DNA of 32,000 bases from Candidatus Iainarchaeum sp. (GTDB lineage: Archaea; Iainarchaeota; Iainarchaeia; Iainarchaeales; CSSED10-239), in assembly GCA_037441475.1 (NCBI GenBank), contig JBBISB010000002.1:1-32000 (forward strand). The letters are read 5' to 3'. The position numbers were made by a program, and so were the translations under genes. The notes under the pieces are model-generated. The model saw only the letters and a program-made list of their open reading frames with translations, was not told the origin of the DNA and ran no database searches. Of this stretch, positions 25,716-32,000 are shown one piece after another (position 1 is the stretch's first letter; the number at the start of each line of letters is the position of its first letter).

Positions 25716-28688
25716 TCACTTTATATCAAGCTTTTTAAAAAGATTGTCTTTTTCAAAATAGTATTGAGATACAATACTATTGAAGTCCTTATAACTATAA
25801 ATCTTAGAATCTCTCATCCATCTCATTATTTTTTTTCTCTTTAAAAAATCAACGACATTTATTGACGAGGATAAAAGATTAATTGCATAAACATCCTCTG
25901 AAAGGTCAATATCAACAACCAAACTTTCTTTTTTATTAACAATTTCTCTAATATTCATTATTTGTAAGACTTCTTTTATACCTTGGTTTATTCTTTTAAG
26001 TTCAATAACTATTGACTTTTGATTTACTACTTTTAATTGATCTAAAAATTGATCTGCAACATCAGGGTTTATTGAAAATAAATTTATATTATACCATGAA
26101 ACATCAAAAACATCTTTTGAAAACTCATCAACAACTATGTAGTCTGGTTTTTGAGAGATTGTTTGTTCAATCATTAACTTCTTATTTAAATCTTGGTTAC
26201 TTGTAAAAACTCTATTAACCCATTCTTTCTGTGGAAGTTTAAAACGATCGTAAGCCTGAACTGTAATAATCTTTTTTTCAGGTAAAAATAATAAAATAGA
26301 GTTAAAGATAATAAATGAATCATCAGTATCTATTATCACAACTTTGTAGTTTTCTGCAATTGCAGACCAGATATATGAAAACACATCAACAGACCCAACA
26401 CTGGTGTTGATTAAAGAAACTGGGGTTAATGGTTCTTCTAAATATTTTTTAATTACAAAAGAAGACCCTTTACTACTAGTATCTCCAACAGAATAAAGAC
26501 CTTCCACCTTATAACCGTTAGGAAGATAACCGTCAATAACAGGATGTGCTTGAGTGATGTAAAGACCCATATTTTTTGTAAGTATTAAAACAAATTTATT
26601 GAGTTCATTGATATCTGGAAAACTAATGTTTGTTTTTAAAAGTCCATACTCTACATGCATGATTGAAAGAGTAGATTTTTCTCCTGAACAACTAACTTCT
26701 AGAATCTTTTTATCTTGTAAAAGGTTTGTTAAGATACCAAGACCAAAGAACTCTCTTTGTATAAACTTAAGATAAAGTTTTTGTTGAAGATTACCAAGCC
26801 TGTAAGAAAGTTTATCTAAGGAAATATCATATATCTTTTCTATATATTTATTTAAACTATGCTTATCTCCATTAAAAGAATAATAGTTTTTGTCAATGGT
26901 GTTGAAAAAAATTCTTTTTAACTGTTGATATTCTTTTTCTTGTTCAGCACTTAAATCAGGTTGAACAAGGTTATAAAATAAACCTAACTCTTGATCATAG
27001 TAAATGGTAACATATGTAAAATCATCTATAGAGTATTTATCATAGATTGTTGTAATATCTTTTTTAAAAGTTAAAATAGGGTCATTGTATACTAGTGAGG
27101 AAAATAAACTATTATCACTTGAAAGTTCTTCTTGATATATTTCTTTATTTATTTTAATAGGATTTTTACCTGCATCTTTTGGTAGTATATAATCAATTCC
27201 TTTATCTCTTAGATCTTTAAACTTTTCTGCAATTAAATCCTTTTTAACTCTAGGGTTTTCTTTTATTCTTTTTACAGTCGTTGTTTCAACTATTTGAGGA
27301 GTTTCAATTATTTGTTTTATACCTAACTGTAATTTTTGATCATCCTCTGGAGTAAACTTAATTTCTGAAAAGGTTTTTTGTGTGCTTGCTTGTTCTTCAT
27401 TTATTTTTTGACTAAAAGAATCAATATTAAATTTTTCTTCTTTTTTTAAAGGAACCCTAGTAATATTTTTCTTAATTTCTTCATTTAATTTTACTTGGTT
27501 GTTATCCATTACAAAGTTAGGTATCTTTTCAGAAGCTTCATTTGTTTTAACAATAGATACCATTTTTGAATCATTATTAAGATCAGTTATTTTTTCCTGC
27601 TCAGAGTTTACTTGAGAAATGAAATTTCTATCAATAACATCCTCCATATTTGAAGAATCGTCTTCAATTGCATACATATCAGGAACATCAATTTCTTCTA
27701 AAAGATCATACTTAAGAGATTCTTTTTTAATGTTATAATCTATTTTATCAACAGCAGAAGTTTGTTTTTCTTTAAAAGATGTTTCTTTTACAGAAGTTAC
27801 TGTTTCTTTCTTATGTTCTGTAAGTGCGTCTATTTTTGAATAAAGATTTTTAACATTATATGAGTTAAACTCAACTTTTTTCATCTTTGGCTTATCATCT
27901 AAGAAAGAAAAGACTTCTAAAAAAACATCTTCATTTAATTTATCAGTTTTTTTATTTAATTCTTCTAAAAGAGAATCAACATTTTCACTCTTATTTTTAA
28001 AAGACTCATAAAAATCATCTTTAGAATTATTTTTTAAAGGACTTTCTTTAAAAGGTTGAGAAACTTCTTTTAAAATTTCTTTTAAAATATTCATTGATTT
28101 ATCATTATTAATTGAATAATCTAAGGATAGGTCTTTTTTAATAACCTTGTCAATAACAGAAATGTTTTTTTCAGGAGATACAAAAGAAGAAATATTCTTT
28201 TGAGATTTATTATTTAAGGAAACTTTATTTTGAACAGATGTAGTTGATTTTACTCTTGAGCGCTTATTTAAAGAAATATCTAATAACTCTTTATGTTCAG
28301 GTATCATTAATTGATTATTTGAAAAAAACTTACTATGTTCTTCTATCATTAGGCGTGGTTTTGTTTCTTCTTTAAGAATAAGATCTTCTTTAGGAGTTAG
28401 AGAAGTTGCTTCCTTTACAATAATTTTTTCTTTAACCTTTTCTTTTTCAAAAGGATTAAATGGTTTTTTATGTTCAGAAATGTCAGAAACGTCTATTTTC
28501 AAGTCTACTTTTTTTACACCTTGATATTCCAAAGGAACTGTTTTAGTTTCTTTTTTATAAGGTAAAGAAACATCCATTTTTTCTAATCTATTTACTTTAG
28601 ATTCGGTTTGATATTTTTGAGTGATACTTTTAGATAGAGGAATTCTTTTAATTACCTTAAAATCTAAAGATCCATCTATTTCTGACAT
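25716..28688 (-). CDS. FlaI/TadA-like protein with a degenerate Walker A (probable pseudo-ATPase) and an N-terminal low-complexity extension of about 540 aa
   Basis: 990 aa. The C-terminal half is collinear with FlaI: FYNLVQPDLSAEQEKEY, REFFGLGILTNLLQDKKILEVSC, GSSFVIKKYLEEPLTPVSLI. The Walker A position reads IIDTDDSFII (DTDDSFII at 26307-26330) instead of GxxGSGKT, and the His box reads FSINP. Walker B-like KPDYIVVDEF is retained. AGGTAG upstream of the ATG. Confidence 0.65.
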   Translation of the reverse strand: MSEIDGSLDFKVIKRIPLSKSITQKYQTESKVNRLEKMDVSLPYKKETKTVPLEYQGVKKVDLKIDVSDISEHKKPFNPFEKEKVKEKIIVKEATSLTPKEDLILKEETKPRLMIEEHSKFFSNNQLMIPEHKELLDISLNKRSRVKSTTSVQNKVSLNNKSQKNISSFVSPEKNISVIDKVIKKDLSLDYSINNDKSMNILKEILKEVSQPFKESPLKNNSKDDFYESFKNKSENVDSLLEELNKKTDKLNEDVFLEVFSFLDDKPKMKKVEFNSYNVKNLYSKIDALTEHKKETVTSVKETSFKEKQTSAVDKIDYNIKKESLKYDLLEEIDVPDMYAIEDDSSNMEDVIDRNFISQVNSEQEKITDLNNDSKMVSIVKTNEASEKIPNFVMDNNQVKLNEEIKKNITRVPLKKEEKFNIDSFSQKINEEQASTQKTFSEIKFTPEDDQKLQLGIKQIIETPQIVETTTVKRIKENPRVKKDLIAEKFKDLRDKGIDYILPKDAGKNPIKINKEIYQEELSSDNSLFSSLVYNDPILTFKKDITTIYDKYSIDDFTYVTIYYDQELGLFYNLVQPDLSAEQEKEYQQLKRIFFNTIDKNYYSFNGDKHSLNKYIEKIYDISLDKLSYRLGNLQQKLYLKFIQREFFGLGILTNLLQDKKILEVSCSGEKSTLSIMHVEYGLLKTNISFPDINELNKFVLILTKNMGLYITQAHPVIDGYLPNGYKVEGLYSVGDTSSKGSSFVIKKYLEEPLTPVSLINTSVGSVDVFSYIWSAIAENYKVVIIDTDDSFIIFNSILLFLPEKKIITVQAYDRFKLPQKEWVNRVFTSNQDLNKKLMIEQTISQKPDYIVVDEFSKDVFDVSWYNINLFSINPDVADQFLDQLKVVNQKSIVIELKRINQGIKEVLQIMNIREIVNKKESLVVDIDLSEDVYAINLLSSSINVVDFLKRKKIMRWMRDSKIYSYKDFNSIVSQYYFEKDNLFKKLDIK

Positions 28689-28755
28689 ATATCTACTACC
28701 TTGATTAAAATATATTTTAATATATATAGATATAAGTCATTATATTTATAAATCT

Positions 28756-29487
28756 TTATATAAACTGATTTAAGATAACTGACATTAAATCAAAAATATA
28801 TAAGAAGATTACAAGGATGTAACTAATAAAAATAAGGATAACAAAGGGAACTAAAGGAGAAACCCATACCTTTGAAACATTATTCTTTTTTGCAAAGTTC
28901 TTTAATAAAAGTATCTCTTTTTCAGGCTCTATGTTTGGAGCATAAATGATATTTGAAACTACCTTGTTGTTTTCTAAAGTTAATTTTTCTAAAGGAGTAT
29001 AGAATTTAGTAATTTTATTTAAAGATAAAGGGTATCCTAAAAACATTAGATAAAGGGATTTAAAAAAAGAAAATTTAGGATAATTTCTTTTAAAAACATT
29101 AAATAAGAATATAGATGTTGGAACCAATAAAGTTAAAAGTAAAGCAAAAAAGAAAACAAACATTGGAAAATAAATATTAAAGATATTAGTAAAAGACAAT
29201 GCCATTATTGTATATAAATCTCCCTCTCCGATATAAGTAAAATAACTTAATTTTCCAAGACCATAAAAGATTAATAAGAAAACAAAAGTAACAAATATTT
29301 GTAAAAAGTAAGCCCACCATAGAGAGGTGTTACTTTTAAAAATAAAAAAACCTAAATAAATTAGACTAACAATTGCAAGAACAAGTAAAGACATGATATT
29401 TATTTCACGATATTTAATGTCTTGATACGTAATATAAAGTAGAATAACTAAAGTAAATATAACTAATGGTAAATATAAAACATTCAT
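28756..29487 (-). CDS. A24-family prepilin/preflagellin peptidase (PibD/EppA/FlaK-like)
   Basis: 243 aa, polytopic. Two catalytic Asp contexts: YQDIKYREI and YIGEGDLYT. The start ATG overlaps the upstream gene's TGA as ATGA. Confidence 0.75.
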   Translation of the reverse strand: MNVLYLPLVIFTLVILLYITYQDIKYREINIMSLLVLAIVSLIYLGFFIFKSNTSLWWAYFLQIFVTFVFLLIFYGLGKLSYFTYIGEGDLYTIMALSFTNIFNIYFPMFVFFFALLLTLLVPTSIFLFNVFKRNYPKFSFFKSLYLMFLGYPLSLNKITKFYTPLEKLTLENNKVVSNIIYAPNIEPEKEILLLKNFAKKNNVSKVWVSPLVPFVILIFISYILVIFLYIFDLMSVILNQFI

Positions 29488-30395
29488 ATTGATCTCTTTG
29501 TAAGATACATTAAATCTTTGTAAGCTTTTGTTTTTGTTTTCCTTGCAGTTGATCTTTCAAAAAGATTATCTGTATAGATGCCAGGAGGACCTACAGACAT
29601 TATTCTTTTAAATTTAATTCTATCTAAGATAGTTTTATTTTTAACTTTATCATCTGAAGAATCTATCAAGGACTTTGGTAGATCTAAAGTTATAATACCA
29701 GATCCAATTTCACCTACATTATAACTACCAGAGCCTGCTGTTATAAACTTTGCAGATTTTCCAAGCTTAATGGCAGCTTCAAACCTATAAACAACATCAT
29801 AACTTTTTTGATCTATCTTGTGGGTTATATACTCACTGAAGTTTGAAAGCCCAATTGTTCTAAAAAATCTATGAAGTTCTAAATAATCTAAGACATCTCT
29901 AACTTTCCTTAAAAAGAAAGAATCATACATATAATAAGAAAGATAACCTATTGTCCCTGTATATGCCTCAACACCAATCTTCTTTTCTTTAATTAATTTT
30001 TCAAGTCTATCTAAACCTAATATATATGTTGCTGAGTTTGAGATAAGACCAAAAGGATGAGCTATTGTTATCATATAATTTTTTTTAGAACAAAAATCAA
30101 TTAATCTTCTTAAAGCAACTTTATTTTCATAAAGTATAGAATAGTTATACATCTCTTCATCAGAAGAGTAGACTAAGACCTCTCCTGAGTCTGTCATTAT
30201 CTTTATTCCAGGTATTAATATTTTATCTTTAGGTTTATATTTTAAAAGATCTAAGTATGCTTTCTTTGGATCTAAATAATTATATTCAGTTATGGCTGTA
30301 CCTAAAAGATTATTTTCACAAACTATTTTCCAATATTTCTTTACAGACTCTTTGTTTTTATGTAAGTGAGTGTGCAAATCTATGTTATAAAGCAT
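29484..30395 (-). CDS. PHP-domain-like metal-dependent phosphoesterase
   Basis: 303 aa. N-terminal IDLHTHLH and a later AHPFG. By-eye assignment only. First gene of the locus B operon. Confidence 0.45.
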   Translation of the reverse strand: MLYNIDLHTHLHKNKESVKKYWKIVCENNLLGTAITEYNYLDPKKAYLDLLKYKPKDKILIPGIKIMTDSGEVLVYSSDEEMYNYSILYENKVALRRLIDFCSKKNYMITIAHPFGLISNSATYILGLDRLEKLIKEKKIGVEAYTGTIGYLSYYMYDSFFLRKVRDVLDYLELHRFFRTIGLSNFSEYITHKIDQKSYDVVYRFEAAIKLGKSAKFITAGSGSYNVGEIGSGIITLDLPKSLIDSSDDKVKNKTILDRIKFKRIMSVGPPGIYTDNLFERSTARKTKTKAYKDLMYLTKRSI

Positions 30396-30534
30396 ATTAT
30401 ATATTTATAAACCTATTACTATATATTTATTTTGCTTATATAATATATATTATAGACACATAACTTAAGAATTATATTAATATTTACGATATAGTAAATA
30501 ATTATTTAACAACAAAAAAAGGACGTGAACAAAA

Positions 30535-31839
30535 ATGAAAATAAAATGTTTAGGTGCTGGTCATGAAGTAGGAAGAAGTGGCTTTCTTGTTTCAGGCACC
30601 GATAAGATACTGTTTGATTATGGTTTAAAGTTAAACCCAAGATATCTTAATGAAAAATCAGAAAAAATTGATTTTGAAGGAAATATAGAAGAACCTATTA
30701 AAATAACAGAACAAATAGATGGAGTTATCTTAAGCCACGCACATTTAGATCATTCAGGAGACATACCTTCACTTTACAAGAAAAATTCTCCTAATCTTTT
30801 TTTAACTCAAGCAACTTTAGATCTTTCATCTTTACTTTGGAAAGACACCTTAAAGATTGCAAAGTTTGAACAGAAAAAACCACCTTATGAAATTGATCAG
30901 ATGTATGCTGCTTTAGATAGTGCTTTTTATTTAAAGTTAAGAAGCCCTACAGAAATTACAAAACATACAAAATTAACATTATACGATGCAGGGCACATTA
31001 CAGGAAGTGTTATATCTGTTCTTGAAATGGATGGTAAAAAAATAATGTATACTGGAGATTTTAGAGCATCAGAAAGTTCCTTATTTCCAGGTTATGATAA
31101 AGATTTACCAGAAGTGGATTATTTAATAATTGAAAGTACTTATGGTTCTTCAAATCACTTGCCTAGAAAAAAAATAGAGCAAGAACTAATATCTGAGATA
31201 CAAACAACTTTAAAGAAAAAAGGAACTGTTATGCTTGCATCTTTTGCTATTGAAAGAACACAAGAAATAATTAATCTTTTACATGACTATAAAATAAAAG
31301 TGCCTATCTATGTAGATGGTATGGGTGTTAAGGCAACAGATATTTTCTTAAGATATCCAGAATATTTTAAAAACTTTAAAGAGTTTAAGAAAGCAACATC
31401 AGAAGTAGTTTTTATTAAAAATAGTAAGATTAGAAAGAATGTTTTTAATGAAACAAAACCATGCATAATTGTTTCAACAGCAGGTATGCTTGAAGGTGGA
31501 CCAATGCTTTTATACCTTAAGGAGTTTGGAGATAGTAATATCAATAAATTAATAATGACAGGATACCAAGTAGAAGGAACAAATGGGCATAGGTTAAAAA
31601 CTACAGGTAAACTATTCATTGATGGGGCCCTTTATCAACCAAGATGTGAAGTTAAGCATGTTAGTTTTTCAGGACATCCTGATAAATATGAACTTATGGA
31701 GTTTGTAAATCTTGTAAACCCTAAAAAAGTTATTTGTATACATGGAGATACTCATGCTGTAAATGACTTTGTTGCTGACTTAAAGAAAGAAGGGTATGAG
31801 GCAGTAGCACCTATCACTGGTGAGACAGTAGAATTATAA
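30535..31839 (+). CDS. Beta-CASP metallo-beta-lactamase RNase (aCPSF2-like, no KH domains)
   Basis: 434 aa. Motifs SHAHLDHSG, YDAGHITGS, ESTYG and a C-terminal CIHGD. AGGACGTGA upstream. Confidence 0.8.
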   Translation: MKIKCLGAGHEVGRSGFLVSGTDKILFDYGLKLNPRYLNEKSEKIDFEGNIEEPIKITEQIDGVILSHAHLDHSGDIPSLYKKNSPNLFLTQATLDLSSLLWKDTLKIAKFEQKKPPYEIDQMYAALDSAFYLKLRSPTEITKHTKLTLYDAGHITGSVISVLEMDGKKIMYTGDFRASESSLFPGYDKDLPEVDYLIIESTYGSSNHLPRKKIEQELISEIQTTLKKKGTVMLASFAIERTQEIINLLHDYKIKVPIYVDGMGVKATDIFLRYPEYFKNFKEFKKATSEVVFIKNSKIRKNVFNETKPCIIVSTAGMLEGGPMLLYLKEFGDSNINKLIMTGYQVEGTNGHRLKTTGKLFIDGALYQPRCEVKHVSFSGHPDKYELMEFVNLVNPKKVICIHGDTHAVNDFVADLKKEGYEAVAPITGETVEL

Positions 31840-31854
31840 AAGATTTGATTTTGT

Positions 31855-32000
31855 ATGAAGAGATTTTGTCCTAAATGTGGAAAAACAATAACTGAAGAAG
31901 GAATGATAAATAACTTTTGTATAGATTGTTATATGTCAGAAAATGAACTAATTAAAGTTCCAGAGATAGACATCTCTCTTTGTGTTAAATGTTTTAAGAT
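31855..32000 (+). CDS. NMD3-family protein, N-terminal fragment running off the window
   Basis: MKRFCPKCGKTITEEGMINNFCIDCYMSENELIKVPEIDISLCVKCFK shows the paired CxxC zinc-ribbon pattern of archaeal NMD3. Confidence 0.6.
   Translation, partial: MKRFCPKCGKTITEEGMINNFCIDCYMSENELIKVPEIDISLCVKCFK

Noticed and set aside
223-31619. Short ORFs overlapping longer genes, mostly antisense: 223..489, 1777..2019, 2185..2403, 2584..2898, 2953..3144, 5821..6024, 5901..6194, 7309..7497, 10036..10221, 12099..12281, 14346..14609, 15526..15732, 17228..17410, 26012..26206, 30257..30463, 31308..31619
   Set aside because: Each lies mostly or wholly inside, or opposite, a longer ORF with recognisable family motifs. 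They have low-complexity F/L/I/S/K-rich translations typical of off-frame AT-rich sequence and no SD.
1-32000. Genome-wide TGA=Gly recoding (genetic code 25) as the explanation for the TGA codons in the S66 gene
   Set aside because: Standard-code ORFs of 637, 766 and 990 aa are uninterrupted by TGA. TGA ends several genes at sensible positions, including an ATGA stop/start overlap at 29484-29487. Reading through the TGA at 10017-10019 hits two more TGA within 8 codons and then runs out of frame into the next gene. Any recoding would have to be gene-specific.

Overview
This window is strongly AT-rich and looks like an archaeal chromosome segment, probably from a small-genome DPANN-type lineage. 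The archaeal call rests on ribosomal protein L10e, an NMD3 homologue, a KH-less beta-CASP RNase, class III (archaeal type IV pilin) signal peptides and an A24 prepilin peptidase. Housekeeping content: bacterial-type thrS, ndk, rpl10e, a Trm11-like methyltransferase, a HAD hydrolase, a SAM methyltransferase, a divergent PRPP-synthetase-like gene, a DedA protein, and three minus-strand tRNAs (Leu-CAA, Ser-GCU, Asp-GUC). Many genes carry a GGTGA-type Shine-Dalgarno 6-8 nt upstream of the start. The accessory content is two type IV pilus (Tad/Epd-like) loci. Locus B (19698-30395, minus strand) has nine genes: PHP-domain protein, prepilin peptidase, a 990-aa FlaI/TadA-like protein whose Walker A is destroyed, two split platform proteins, DUF192, two tandem pilins, and a 766-aa adhesin with PKD, cadherin-like and glycine-rich domains but no signal peptide. 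Locus A (9302-12589, minus strand) has two split platform proteins and an ATPase with intact catalytic motifs. That ATPase has no start codon of its own, contains an in-frame TAG, and enters its frame inside an A8 tract at the end of an upstream 4Fe-4S ORF. A bacterial-type S66 LD-carboxypeptidase gene is intact apart from two in-frame TGA codons, both at conserved glycine positions. Between the two loci's left flank and the tRNAs sits a membrane-tethered winged-helix protein flanked by two secreted cysteine-rich proteins, whose upstream regions share a 12-nt motif. No CRISPR array, transposase or integrase was seen. All family assignments come from motif recognition by eye; no searches were run.
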